From Octopus sinensis (taxonomy: Eukaryota): a stretch of DNA of 64,000 nucleotides. The position numbers and the translations under genes were made by a program. Of the stretch, positions 38,930 to 51,264 are shown one piece after another. Below the pieces are notes generated by a model that saw only the letters and a program-made list of their open reading frames with translations, made no database searches and was not told the DNA's origin. The stretch is from contig NC_043002.1 of the NCBI RefSeq assembly GCF_006345805.1, forward strand, positions 37,572,001 to 37,636,000, written 5' to 3'. Position 1 is the stretch's first letter, and each line of letters starts with the position of its first letter.

Positions 38930-39759
38930 TGAAGGGGCACCCAAAAGAAACCAGGATTCGGCAATATTATTTTACTCAGTTTTACATGTTTACACTTTTA
39001 TCACCTCCAAAGTATTCTCCGTTGTTCGAAGCAGTGCTGGAACTCTTGGAAAGTGATACCTTTTAACGCCTCTGTCGTTTATTGCTTCACCTCTTCCACG
39101 TCTGCAAATTCTGTAGCACCAGCTTTCGTCATCAGTGATGACCTCCGAGAAAAAGGTCTGGATCAATTTCCAACTATTCTTTCAGTTCACGACACACATT
39201 CAGTCGTAACTGCTTTTCATCTTCCGTGAGCTAGCGAGGCGCAAATTTTGCTGCAACTCTTTTCATTCGCAATTATTCGCTCAAAATTCGTTGGCAGGAG
39301 CTCCAAGACACAACAGTCATATCAACAAGACTGTCCACCAAGACCAGTTCATGAATTTTCGTGACTTTTTTTATTCGTTCGAGAGGTCGATGGACGTCCT
39401 GAATGAGGTTGAACTTCAAGCAACAAGTGACCATACCTAAAGCGTAAAAACCACTCATAAGCTTGCGTTTTGCTCATGGCAGCGTCCTTCTAAGCTTTTT
39501 GACGTATGACAATCGTTTCGGGCGCCGTTTTCCCTCGCAGAAAACAGAATTTCACGGAGGCACGCTATTCCATCGTTTCAGCCATCGCAAAAACCGACGA
39601 ATAGAGATGCACTACAAAACAAAGATACACCACGTGACAGTAGGAACACACCAGACGGCGCCGGTCGACAGACTGATGCCTGAGGACTGCATCAAGCGGG
39701 AACTTACAACTGGCTGGTCTCACAGGGAAAATCTCCAGTTACTTTTGGGAACCTCCTCG
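38930..39759 (-). mobile_element. Internally deleted mariner (DD34D-type) with both TIRs
   Basis: TA|TGAAGGGGCACCCAAAAGAAACCAGG ... CCAGTTACTTTTGGGAACCTCCTCG|TA. Minus strand gives 'SWSSCQRILSE', an RVAAKF-like segment, 'LRLNVCRELKE', 'EVITDDESW' and 'FADVEEVKQ'. Confidence 0.88.
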
Positions 39760-40110
39760 TATATGAGCATGCATGTGTGCGTATATATATGGACGTGTTA
39801 TTGTTGACATGTACAACAATATGTGCTGCACAATCTGCTCGAGACAAAAGTAGGCTATAATAGAAATAGGGGACCAAATATTCTGTTGATCACATTGTCC
39901 AAGGGCACACAGAAACAAACTCACACAGGCTTATACTCATATTCATACGCGGACGCATATATACACGCATACACATATACGCATCCACATGCCTTCGCAT
40001 ACACACATGGATATTCATGCATGCAAACACACACACGATGATTATATACGTACATATACACATATTATATATATGTGTGTGTGTATATATTATATATGTA
40101 TGTATAAATA

Positions 40111-40268
40111 CAGTGTACATTTAAACACAGGAGAGGTATCCATCATAGGATTCCTTGCACGGTAGAAAGGACAGTTAAATTCCAAACCACTATTAGGGAT
40201 AAAGTTTCCTTTCTAGCGTGCAAAGAAATCCTATGATGGATACCTCTTATGTATTTAAATGTACACTG
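40111..40268. mobile_element. Tc1/mariner-type MITE (TA|CAGTGTAC...GTACACTG|TA)
   Basis: About 60-bp imperfect TIRs (CAGTGTACATTTAAA...AGAGGTATCCATCATAGGATT...TTGCACG.TAGAAAGGA) around a spacer of about 35 bp. Confidence 0.85.
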
Positions 40269-40369
40269 TATTTATATGAATAATATATAGTCTGTTCACT
40301 AAATTTTTTCTACACGCTAGGCCACTGGTAATGGAAATTTTAAATATTTCTGATTACCCTTTGATATCA

Positions 40370-40400
<31 letters not shown>

Positions 40401-40476
40401 GGTATGTATGTATGTATGTATGTATGTATGTACTTATGTAGTTTTATATATATGTATATATATATATATATATATA

Positions 40477-40507
<31 letters not shown>

Positions 40508-40508
40508 A

Positions 40509-41643
40509 GTGTTTCCTGACAGACAGATCTCAACATGTTGTAGTTGAAGGGTAAAATCAAGCCCAGCCAAAGTCAGTAGTGGCGTTCCGCAAGGCACTGT
40601 GCTGGGCCCACTTCTTTTCATCATTTACATTAATGACATTAATGACATCATCAAGCACAGCAACATAAAAATCTTTGCAGATGACTCCAAGCTACAGAAG
40701 GTCATAAATGAGCGAGTGACCGGACATGCTTCAGTCAGATCTACTGGCTGTTATCCAATGGGCAGAAAAAAACAATATGTTGCTGAACGAGGATAAATTT
40801 GAGCTAATCCACTTTGGAAAAGAGGATGTCCTGAAACTCCCATACTCCCTTCCTTCAGGTGAAACTCTCGCGGCGTCCAACAACATCAGAGACTTGGGAG
40901 TAATTGTGTAAAACAACATAAGCTGGGCCAGTCATATAAACACCAAAGTTGACATGGCCCGCAGAATGTGTTCCTGGATTCTCAGAACTTTCCAGTCGAG
41001 AGATATCCACACCATTATCCTTCTCTTCTCCACTTTTGCCCGACCCCACCTTGAATACTGTTGTCCACTGTGGTCTCCCCACACAATACAAGGTATCATA
41101 AAAGGTTGAAGCACCTCAAAGGGCAATCACAAAAAAGATAGATGGCATGACAGGCCTCGACTATTGGGTTCGACTAGAAAAGCTAAAACTCTATTCTCTC
41201 CAACGTCGTCGTGAGCGCTACATCATCTGCATGATGTGGAAAATATTCATCAGCATTGCCCAAATGATTGGCATCACCTTTAAGGTACATCCAAGGCTTG
41301 GGCCCCGTGCCATCCGCCCAAAACAAAAATCGCACTCTCATCTCATAACAACAATACGGCACAATTATTTCACCTCAATTGGCCCCGCTCTCTTTAACAT
41401 TACACCAAACACTTAAAACAGAAACTGACCCTATAGGGTTCAAGAAGTCCTTGGACAGATTCCTTCAAGAATCCCGGATAAAACCCCTACACCCGGATAT
41501 GTCTCTGTAAACAATAACTCTCTAGTTGAGTGGGCCATAGTGCCCAAATTCTGACTTGAAAGACTTCACCAGGTGGTGCTATTAAGTTAGACATGGCCTG
41601 GGCCAATAATGGCCGAAACCTATCAAAGTATCAAAGTATCAAA
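40509..41643 (+). mobile_element. 5'-truncated CR1/L2-type LINE (RT C-terminal half plus 3' tail), frameshifted
   Basis: '[40 protein letters not shown]', 'LNEDKFELIHFG', 'IRDLGVI', 'RPHLEYCCPLWSP', 'YWVRLEKLKLYSLQRRRERYII'. Ends in an (ATCAAAGT)x3 tandem tail. Confidence 0.93.
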
Positions 41644-41712
41644 GTATATATATATATGTATATATATATGTATGTATACACACAAACACACAAACACACA
41701 TAAGAACACACA

Positions 41713-41850
41713 GCGGCATGGCTGTGTGGTAAGAAATTTGCCTTCCAGCCACATTGTTCCGAGTTCAGTTCACTTGCGTGACACATTAGGCAAGCGTCTT
41801 ATGCTGTGTATAGCCTTGGTATTGGGTGGACGGAAACTGATATGTATATA
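41713..41850 (+). mobile_element. SINE family C head
   Basis: CGGCATGGCTGTGTGGTAAGAAATTTGCCTTCCAGCCACATTGTTCCGAGTTCAGTTCAC. Confidence 0.7.
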
Positions 41851-41899
41851 TATTTATATATATATATATATATATATATTGGTTCTTTCAACATGTGAT

Positions 41900-42111
41900 C
41901 TCTTGAGCACCACCAGCTCAAATATTTTCTCCTCTGTCTTTCCTCCTTGGGATCTTTCCTTCTCCTTGTTTCCGACGAAGAGCTCCGCTCGAAACGTTAA
42001 ACCCTCCTTCCCTTCTTTCCTGAGCGTCAATAATACTTTAATTGTTCCACGTCCTGCGTTGCTGCTTTTTTATGTTTTTTTCTCTTTTTTTCTGTGTTTT
42101 CTTGTTTGGAT

Positions 42112-42115
<4 letters not shown>
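41900..42115 (+). mobile_element. PLE-like terminal repeat (E-related subfamily)
   Basis: Pyrimidine lead-in, hammerhead-like motif, then TTCCTGAGCGTC.ATAATAC and a T-rich tail as in family E. Confidence 0.65.
41968..42002 (+). ncRNA. Minimal hammerhead-like motif (CCGACGA variant)
   Basis: GTTT-CCGACGA-A-GAGC(TCC)GCTC-GAAAC-GTT-AAAC. Stem I GTTT/AAAC is perfect. Confidence 0.6.
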
Positions 42116-42153
<38 letters not shown>

Positions 42154-42164
42154 TATATATAAAT

Positions 42165-42412
42165 GCGCCCTTTTAAAGCCTAGCCAGGCTCATGGGACCG
42201 GTTTCCCAGTTGCAATGGCGTATGTGCTCCCCAGGTGGACGGGACGCCAGTCCATTGCAGCATTACTCATTTTTGCCAGCTGAGTTGGACTGGAGCCACG
42301 TGAAATGGAGTGTTTTGCTCAAGAACACAACGCGTCGCCCGGTCCAGGTATCGAAACCACAAATCTTACGATCATGAGGCTGACACCCTAACCACTAAGC
42401 CACGCGCCTCCA
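42165..42412 (-). mobile_element. SINE family A, full length
   Basis: Reverse complement runs GTGGAGGCGCGTGGCTTAGTGGTTAGGGTGTCAGCCTCATGATCGTAAG...GGTTTCGATACC...GGGAAACCGGTCCCATGAGCCTGGCTAGGCTTTAAAAGGGCGC. Confidence 0.9.
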
Positions 42413-42433
42413 CACACACACACACACACACTA

Positions 42434-42464
<31 letters not shown>

Positions 42465-42819
42465 AATATATATATATGAGGAAAAAGAGTGTGAAGAACA
42501 GAGAAGAGGAGGAATATTACAATATGGCACTATAACGTGACCCTAACCACAAGCATGGAAACGAGTGCACACTTACACTAGAATATGGCGCACTCATGAT
42601 TGATAGTCCACGAGGCAGATGACAGATTACATAATTCTATTATTGCGACAAAGGTACACTATAGTGACTTCTATACTCACACCTGTGCGTGTATCAATAT
42701 CGTGTGGATGATGCGCGAGCGCAATTGCGTAGGTGTGTGGTGTGCGCGCGAGTTCATACGCGTGTTTATGTTCACACATACATCCTTACATATGGTTCTT
42801 GCATATATGATATATCTAT

Positions 42820-42851
42820 ATATATACATATATCTATCTATATATATAAAT

Positions 42852-42908
<57 letters not shown>

Positions 42909-43080
42909 AATATATAAATATATATACACATATATACATATAAATATATATACACATATATACATATAAATATATATACACATATATACATATAAATATA
43001 TATACATATATATACATATAAATATATATACATATATATACATATATACATATAAATATATATATACATGTGTATATATA

Positions 43081-43123
<43 letters not shown>

Positions 43124-43126
43124 ATA

Positions 43127-43186
<60 letters not shown>

Positions 43187-43225
43187 TATACATACATACA
43201 TACATATATATATACATACGTACAC
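42820..43225. repeat. (TA)n tract with a 24-bp higher-order unit (TATATACACATATATACATATAAA)
   Basis: About 6 units at 42915-43065. Confidence 0.9.
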
Positions 43226-43526
43226 ACACCTAATGCGCAGACAAACCTCTCACACATTTGTATGCAGAAAATAATATTCACACTGATAGGGTTAATGTCA
43301 AACGGAATCTAAGCACAATTATGCCGTCATGCAATGATACATCAAGGACGTATCATGGGATCTATATATGCATGTGCACCTGATGCATAACTAAATATAT
43401 TTAATTTTCTATCTATAAATAAACAGCGGCAAACATCTAAGTACCTTACGTATTGCCTGCAATACAGCTATCTTATTCCGTTGAAAGTTTCTAGTTGAAA
43501 CATGTCTAAGTTCATAAATATATCAA

Positions 43527-43800
43527 CATGTATGTATGTATGTATGTATGTATGTATGTATGTATGTATGTATGTATGTATGTATGTATGTATGTATGTA
43601 TGTATGTATTTATTTGTGTATGTATGTGTGTATGTATGTGTGTATGTATGTGTGTATGTATGTGTGTGTGTATGTGTGTATGTATGTATGTATGTATATA
43701 TGCATGTATGTATGTATTTGTGTATGTATATGTGTGTGTGTGTATGTGTGTGTATGTATGTATGTATGTATGTATGAATTTATGTGTGTATGTATGTAGG
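43527..43800. repeat. (TATG)n/(TG)n microsatellite
   Basis: Read directly from the sequence. Confidence 0.96.
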
Positions 43801-43823
43801 CATATAGAAACATAAAAATATTG

Positions 43824-43852
<29 letters not shown>

Positions 43853-43854
<2 letters not shown>

Positions 43855-44800
43855 ACTTACATGGAAAAGGATGTGTGGCGTTCGATCATATAATATAAAT
43901 AATATATAAATATATGCATATATACATATATGTACATACCTACATATATATACATATATGCATGCATATGTGGGTACAGGACATCAAAAAAACGTTGAAC
44001 ACAATGAGAAACGGAAACATAAAAACAAAACCATAGAAAACGAACATTTTTTCAAACAACGAAAAAATCAGTATATATGCATATATTTATATATTATTTA
44101 TATTATTATATGATTGAAAGCCACACATCCTTTTCCACGTAAGTCTTATCTTAATATCTCTCTTCTCTCCCTCTCTTGTTCTTCATCCTTTCTGGTGTTC
44201 TCTCTCACCCATCCCTATTCTTCTACTCTCCTCTTCACCGTTCCTTCTCTCTCTCACTCTTCCTCCTTGTCTCTCTCTCGTCGCTGACACGTGACAAAAG
44301 GGAATCTATCTTTCTGCCCATTTCCTTCCAAAACACAACACTTGCTTATACTGTCTCCTTCATAAGCTCGTCTTCCTAGCCTTCATAATAATTTTTCTAT
44401 CGTCTTGACCTAACAGTCCTCCCCATTTGCGTTTACTGTCTTGTTCTCACTGTTCTGTTCTTGTTACCACTTTCACCCTCCGCAAAAAAATCCCAAATTT
44501 TATTTAATTTGCCTTGCGGGAAGGACTGTTTCAACGAAGTCGCACATTGTCCTTGCTTTCAAAACGCGGAGTAGATGAAACAGGGACAACTGATGTAGGG
44601 AAATATTGTTTATGTTAAATGTCTCGTTTCTCTATTTTTTTCGTTGTTCGAAAAAAAGTTCGTTTTCTATGTTTTTGTATTCATGTTTTCGTTTCTCATT
44701 GTGTTCAACGTTTTATTTTGATGTCCTGTACCCATATATGAATGTATATATACATATATATGTAGGTATGTACATATATGTATGTATATATGAGTACATG
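43853..44800. mobile_element. Family F PLE-like repeats in nested inverted arrangement
   Basis: 43853-43925 is inverted at 44072-44143. 43917-44070 is inverted at 44635-44792. Confidence 0.75.
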
Positions 44801-44824
44801 TACACAAATATATACATACATATA

Positions 44825-44960
44825 TTCCTTCGTTTGTTTCAGCCATTTGGTTGAGGACATGCTGGAGCACTACCTTTAGTCGAACAAATAGCCCCCAGGA
44901 GTTGTCATTGTAAGCCTAATACTTATTTTATCGGGCACTTTTTGCCGAATCGCTAACATA
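44825..44960 (-). mobile_element. SINE family C 3' half
   Basis: TTTGTTTCAGCCATTTGG..GAGGACATGCTGGAGCACTACCTTTAGTCGAACAAAT...TTTGCCGAATCGCTAA. Confidence 0.75.
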
Positions 44961-45308
44961 TGTAACCTGGATTTTACCTCCTCCACTCCTATTTGGGTTT
45001 GTATTCGCATTCGTGGCAACTAAGATTGCTAACCGTTAGCTATAAAAAGATGTTCAGCTTATCGAACTTCCATATCGGAAAACCTTCGGCGACAATAATT
45101 TATTGTTGTTCATGAACATTGTTCTTTATACTTACAACGAACGAATTGCTTGAAGCTTACAAACTTCCTACTCTTTGATCCCTGGATCTTACAATTTCGC
45201 ATACACACACACACGCTCACACACACACACACGCACAGACACACACACAGACACACGACGCACACACAAACACCCACACATACGTATAGATACATAATTA
45301 CATGTATG

Positions 45309-45342
<34 letters not shown>

Positions 45343-45483
45343 TGTATGTATGTATGTATGTATGTATGTATGTGTCTATCTATCTATCTATTCTCTGTCT
45401 CTCTGTATATATATATATATATACAAATATATGTTTAAACTTACTTGGAAATGGATGCGTAGCGCTCAATAAATAATAGTATA

Positions 45484-45555
<72 letters not shown>

Positions 45556-45724
45556 TACACATGTATATATGCATATATGGGTACAGGACGTCACAAACCG
45601 TAAACAACATGAAATACGATGACTGCATCTGGTTATTTCATCCTGCTGGACCGTTAATCCCTACATATTTTATCTCTCCTCGTCTTTGTTTTTTCGTTCT
45701 CTCTCCATTGTTTTCCTCTCAAAC

Positions 45725-45760
45725 CTTTCTGTCGAGGACGATAGGGTCGAAACATCAAAG
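45725..45760 (+). ncRNA. Minimal hammerhead-like motif (CUGUCGA variant) in a PLE-like repeat (about 45640-45850)
   Basis: CTTT-CTGTCGA-G-GAC(GATAGG)GTC-GAAAC-ATC-AAAG. Stems I and II are perfect; the stem III G>A change is consistent with CpG decay. Confidence 0.55.
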
Positions 45761-46856
45761 ACTATTCCATTTTCACCGAGAGTCAAATTACACCTGCTTG
45801 TTGTTCCCTAACCTGTTTTCGTCTTTTGTTTTCTGTATAGTTCAGATTTACAGAAAACGAAAAATATATATACTTACATACACATACACATGCGCGCAAA
45901 CAGATGCACACGCACAAAAACAAACACACACACGTACACACAAAGACAAATACACTCACACACTCACATACATATATATATATAGATATACACCCACTCA
46001 TACCTTTTTGTCATAATTCTTCAGATCTTACAAAGTTTGAAATTCTTCAAAGGATTTAGAGTTTGCTTTGAAACAAAACCGATTAAAAATAAAATAATAA
46101 AAAAACACAGAAACTTATTAGGGTCAAGAAAAGTAAACTGACCGCACACACACACACACACACACATACACACACACACAAACACACACACACACACAAA
46201 TCACACAAATCGTTACCGTCCCCGTCTTGTCATTACTATTGATGACGATGGTAATGATTTTGATAACGATGATAATCATCGTTACATTTGTCATTGTCGC
46301 GTTTTATCTTTATTTTTTTTTACAAATATCCAGGATTTACAGTGAGTGACCAGTGAATGGTCAATGCAGTACAAATTGTGAAGCTCTGGTTTACAAAGCA
46401 GAGGTCTAGGCACGTACTAAGACTGACCGACAGGCTGGATAATCCCAGGTAGGCGCAATGTTGTGTATATCAGTCATATAGAAGTAGGCGTTGCCAGATT
46501 TGCTTGACAGAAAGGAGAATCAATCTAAAAAAAAAAAAAAATCATACAGTCCGAATGCTTTCCTGAACTCCAAAAGTTCTGACAATGTCGTCGTACCCAT
46601 TTCTGGGCTCGGCAACAGCTGACAACCACGGCTAGCATCAATCTACGAGAAGTTACGCATCTTTTAATCCTGGCAAATTTTAATAAAATTTCAAGTTTCA
46701 TCCCGAGGTAATCAAGGTCTATTCATACCCCAGGATAAAAGAGGATATACGCTCAGGCCCGTGTATCTGAATAATCGTCAATATTGTCAAATGCAATAGT
46801 CAATACGAGAATGATGATATGACATATAACGAGTTATGTGTCATATTGCTCGTCGG

Positions 46857-46889
<33 letters not shown>

Positions 46890-47256
46890 CGCAAAAAAAT
46901 CTCAAATTTTATTTAATTTGCTTTGCGGGAAAGACTGTTTCTACGAAGTCACGTATTGTCCTTACCTTCGGAACGCGGAGTAGATGAACCAGGGACAACT
47001 GATGAAGGGGAATATTCTTTATGCTGCATGTCTCGTTTCTCTGATTTTTTGTTGATAAAAAAAAGTTCGTTTTCTATGGTTTTGTTTTGATGTTTTCGTT
47101 TTTCATTGTGTTCAACGTTTTTTAATGTCCTGTACCCATATATGTATGTATATATACATATATATATATGTAGGTATGTACATATATGTATGTATATATG
47201 CATATATTTATATATTATTTATATTATTATATGATCGAACGCCACACATCCTTTTC
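46890..47256. mobile_element. Family F PLE-like repeat, long copy
   Basis: Matches 44490-44800 directly, and its right end matches 44085-44143. Confidence 0.75.
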
Positions 47257-47289
47257 CAAGTAAGTTCTATCTATCTATCTATCCATCTA

Positions 47290-47357
<68 letters not shown>

Positions 47358-47655
47358 CATATACATATATATACATATATACATGTATGTATGTATGTAT
47401 GTATGTATGTATGTATGTATGTATGTATGTATGTATGTATGTATGCATGTATGTATGTATGCATGCAGGTATGTATGTATGTATGCATGCAGGTATGTAT
47501 GTATGTATGTATGTATGTATACATGCAGGTATGTATGTATGTATGCATGTATGCAGGTATGTATGTATGTATGCATGCATGCAGGTATGTATGTATGTAT
47601 GCATGCTGGTATGTATGTATGCATGCAGGTATGTATGTATGTATGCATGCATGCA
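47290..47655. repeat. (CT)n-(TA)n-(TATG)n with higher-order GCATGCAGGTATGTATGTAT units
   Basis: Read directly from the sequence. Confidence 0.94.
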
Positions 47656-47924
47656 TGATGCCTCATTGATTTCAAGAATACTCATACTCCCAAGTTTTCT
47701 TCATTTTTTAAAAAGCTATCTTAGACCAGCAACAGACGACACATCCATTTGTGCAAAACCTTACTTCAATTGATGACCAAACCTATTCAAATGTAAATTA
47801 CGGGCCCTATTACATATCTTTTTTTTTTAGTATATTGGTTCGTAATCAGTGTTAAATACCTGTTACATGTGTATGGTTAATGAGAATATATATATATATA
47901 TGATAACATAGTTGCATTTCCGAG

Positions 47925-48140
47925 GTTGTGAACTGGCAGAATCGTAAGCACTCCGGCAAAAATACTTTGTGGTATTTCGTCCGTCTTTACGTTCTGAGTT
48001 CAAATACCACGGCAGTCTGCTTTAACTTTATCTTTTCGGAGGTCGATAAAATAAGTGCGTGTGGAAAACTGGGATGGATGGAATCGACTTACCCCTCGTG
48101 CGAAATTACAGGCCTTGTGCCAAAATTTGAAACCAATGTA
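47925..48140 (+). mobile_element. SINE family B
   Basis: GAGGTTGTGAACTGGCAGAATCGTAAGCAC...GTTCTGAGTTCAAATACCACGG...CAGGCCTTGTGCCAAAATTTGAAACCAAT. Confidence 0.8.
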
Positions 48141-49060
48141 GTTATACTAAGGGCAGGTCTGTTACTTCAAAAGTTAATTCTTTGCCGAAAGAGAAAATCC
48201 CCTTGTTTGTAATCGTTGAGAGAACTTGCCTTAAAAAAAAAACAAAAAAAAACAAAACAAAAAAAAAACGTAGACTCGTGCGTATGTGCATGTGTAATAT
48301 GTATGGATGAATATATATACGTGCATATATATGTTGTGTATGTATGTGTAAGTGTATATGTATGGGCAGATATAGAGAAACATACACAGCAATGAATGGA
48401 GATAAAGTGAGAAAGAGTAGGTCGAGAGAGAGGGAAAGGAAAAGAGAGAAGTAGGACGTGTCGGCGCTACACGCAAACCTACATACATATATTCGTACAC
48501 AGTTACAGACGGGCACCAAGCAACGCATACATTATCAAGAGAAACCCACCCACCTTAAAATAAATACATATAAAACAACAGAAAAAATGTATAAAAACTC
48601 AATTATCATCAACAGCTTCTTCTTAGCAGATCCAGATGCTGTGCTATTTATAGCCGTTGTAGTCTGAGGAAACCCCAAACTTTAAGCTGATGGATTTAGG
48701 TTATATTATTAGTAATCTTTGCCGCTACGCAGTGCGAAAATATTGGCTGACAGAAGGTTAAATATAATAGAGGAAGCTACCATTTTTTTTTCGGCTATCC
48801 TTCTGTAGAAGAATTTGTGCAAGTTCCTCCGTTCATTTCTCCATCCATCTGTGAATCCACCCATGTTATCAACTTATACATTGATCAGTCCAGTACACCA
48901 TATACATGCACATACATATATTCATGCATACATACATGCATGCATGCTTGCATACATACATACATACATACAATGCATGCATACATATATACACACACTC
49001 GCGCGCGCACATATATATACGTATATACATATACATACACATACAGATGCACAGACGCAA

Positions 49061-49470
49061 GAGTGGCTGTGTGGTAAGTAGCTTGCTAACCAACCACATG
49101 GTTCCGGGTTCAATCCCACTGAGTGGCATCTTGGGCAAGTGTCTTCTACTATAGCCCCGGGCTGACCAATGCCCTGTGAGTGGATTTGTTACACGGAAAC
49201 TGAAAGAAGCCTGTCGTATATATGTATATATATATGTGTATGTGTGTATGTGTTTGTGTGTCTGTGTTTGTCCCCCTAGCATTGCTTGACAACCGATGCT
49301 GGTGTGTTTACGTCCCCGTAACTTAGCGGTTCGGAAAAAGAGACCGATAGAATAAGTACTGGGCTTACAAAGAATAAGTCCCGGGGTCGATTTGCTCGAC
49401 TCAAGGCGGTGCTCCAGCATGGCCGCAGTCAAATGACTGAAACAAGTAAAAGAGTAAAAGAGTAAAAGAG
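49061..49470 (+). mobile_element. SINE family C, best-preserved full-length copy
   Basis: A-box-like TGGCTGTGTGG, B-box-like GGTTCAATCCC, CORE-like TTGGGCAAGT, an internal (TA/TG)n tract and a 3' (GTAAAAGA)x3 tail. Confidence 0.93.
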
Positions 49471-49502
49471 TATATATATGTGTGTGTATATATATATATA
49501 TC

Positions 49503-49563
<61 letters not shown>

Positions 49564-49959
49564 GTATATTTGCATATATATACATATACATATGTATATA
49601 TTGACACATATGCATACATACACACACACACACATATACATACATGTACACACACACGCATTTATTCCTTCGCATATTTCAATCACTCAATTGTGACCAC
49701 GTTTTATCGATAATATCACCTTCAGTAGATTTTTCTTTTTATCGACATTTGTGTGAAAAAAGTAGCATTGACCTCTCTCTCTTTCTCACTCTCTCTTTTA
49801 TATTATCTTCACACACACACACTCTCTCTCCCTCTGATACACACACGCGATTATATGCATATAATACGACCATTCTTTCCACCCATATATTAACATCTAT
49901 ACAGTTTTCATTCACATAAATAGAGACATCTCCATATACGTATTTATGCAGTATATATC

Positions 49960-49974
49960 TATACATGCAGCATG

Positions 49975-50008
<34 letters not shown>

Positions 50009-50095
50009 TGTATGTATGTATGTATGTATGTATGTATGTATGTATGTATGTATGTATGTATGTATGTATGTATATATGTATGTATGTATGTATCT
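49960..50095. repeat. (TATG)n microsatellite
   Basis: Read directly from the sequence. Confidence 0.97.
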
Positions 50096-50265
50096 TTATT
50101 TTCTCTCTTTATTCTCTCTCCTTGTTTCTTTCTGTGTTCCTTTCTGTGGAAGAGCGTAGGCTCGAAACGTTAAATACTTTTTCACTTCCCGAGCGTTATA
50201 CCAATATATCTGTTTGTTGTCTACACCGCCTCTCTTCGTCTTTGTTTTTTTTTTAATTCTCCCCT
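50095..50265 (+). mobile_element. PLE-like terminal repeat family E with hammerhead-like motif (50141-50175)
   Basis: TTT-CTGTGGA-A-GAGC(GTAG)GCTC-GAAAC-GTT-AAA. Confidence 0.72.
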
Positions 50266-50326
50266 ATGTATGTATGTATGCATGCATGCATGCATGTATG
50301 TATCTATATATCTGTCCATATACCCA

Positions 50327-50570
50327 CAGGGTGTCCCAATAAAATGTTTACACATTTTTACAGATGACCACTTAGTTTTCATTTCTTTTTTGGTTTAACC
50401 TTTTAGAAATAATGAAGAGAGATGGACTAAGCCTCAAAGAAAGGAAATTTATCCTGAAGTGCAAGAAGTTTGAAGATGCAGCAATATGCAAAGGCATTTT
50501 AGGTGATAATTTCAAATAAATTAATCTATGCAACTTAGCATTCCTGGAATTTGAACTAGGGAGCGACACA
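50327..50570 (+). mobile_element. IS630-Tc1-mariner 5' fragment (DUF4817-like HTH)
   Basis: CAGGGTGTCCCAATAAAATGTTTACA TIR-like start, then 'MKRDGLSLKERKFILKCKKFEDA'. Confidence 0.7.
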
Positions 50571-50761
50571 CACGCACACATACATCACACGCATACACCT
50601 CTGCACTCATAGTTACAGAGCTTCTTCAGTTTTTACTACCAACAAGCGAACCTAGTGTCCCGTACAAAGGTGGCAATGCGTTTCCGGCCAATATGTCTCA
50701 AAAATCGTGAAAATAGTCAGTGCGAAAGTAACGGTAACATTTTTACTGCTTATACAATTAC

Positions 50762-50803
<42 letters not shown>

Positions 50804-50899
50804 ATTAATGAAGATTAGTTGAATAAGGTACTTAAGTTGAAACACCAATTCAGTCGGTATTACCCGCACAGCTCGAAGTAGGGTGAATAAAATCAAAAT

Positions 50900-51130
50900 A
50901 AGCAACAGGCTAACCAGTAGTAATGCAGTACGACCGTTTCAAGCGGATCCATTTAATTTAACAATTAAAGAAAAATTACATTAATGTACTCTACCTGTTG
51001 AAGCTCCAAATATTGTTTTGGGCAGCTGAAGATGGCGCTATATTTATAATGATGTAATGAATGCAGTGTTAAATTAAATGTAGCTGCTTGAATCGGTCTA
51101 CAGCATTACTATTTGATATCCTGCTGCTTA
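50900..51130. repeat. Imperfect inverted repeat of a PLE-like module
   Basis: AGTAATGCAGTACGACCGTTTCAAGC / GCTTGAATCGGTCTACAGCATTACT and CATTTAATTTAACA / TGTTAAATTAAATG. A related copy lies at 9611-9655. Confidence 0.65.
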
Positions 51131-51137
51131 TTTTGAT

Positions 51138-51225
<88 letters not shown>

Positions 51226-51264
51226 ATATATATACATACACGTACAAACACACAAATATAGGTA

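Noticed and set aside
41590-41620. GGCC-AATAAT-GGCC-GAAAC as a hammerhead
   Set aside because: There is no upstream CUGANGA. It is better explained as the LINE 3' stem-loop.
46960-47025. CTGATGA in family F (also 44589 and 20066 minus) as a hammerhead
   Set aside because: No GAAA follows the putative stem II, and a type-II permutation using the upstream GAAAC fails to form stem I.
48570-48690. Minus-strand frame GFPQTTTAINSTASGSAKKKLLMIIEFLYIFSVVLYVFIL
   Set aside because: It is short, has ambiguous splice sites and no recognisable family, so it is too weak to call.
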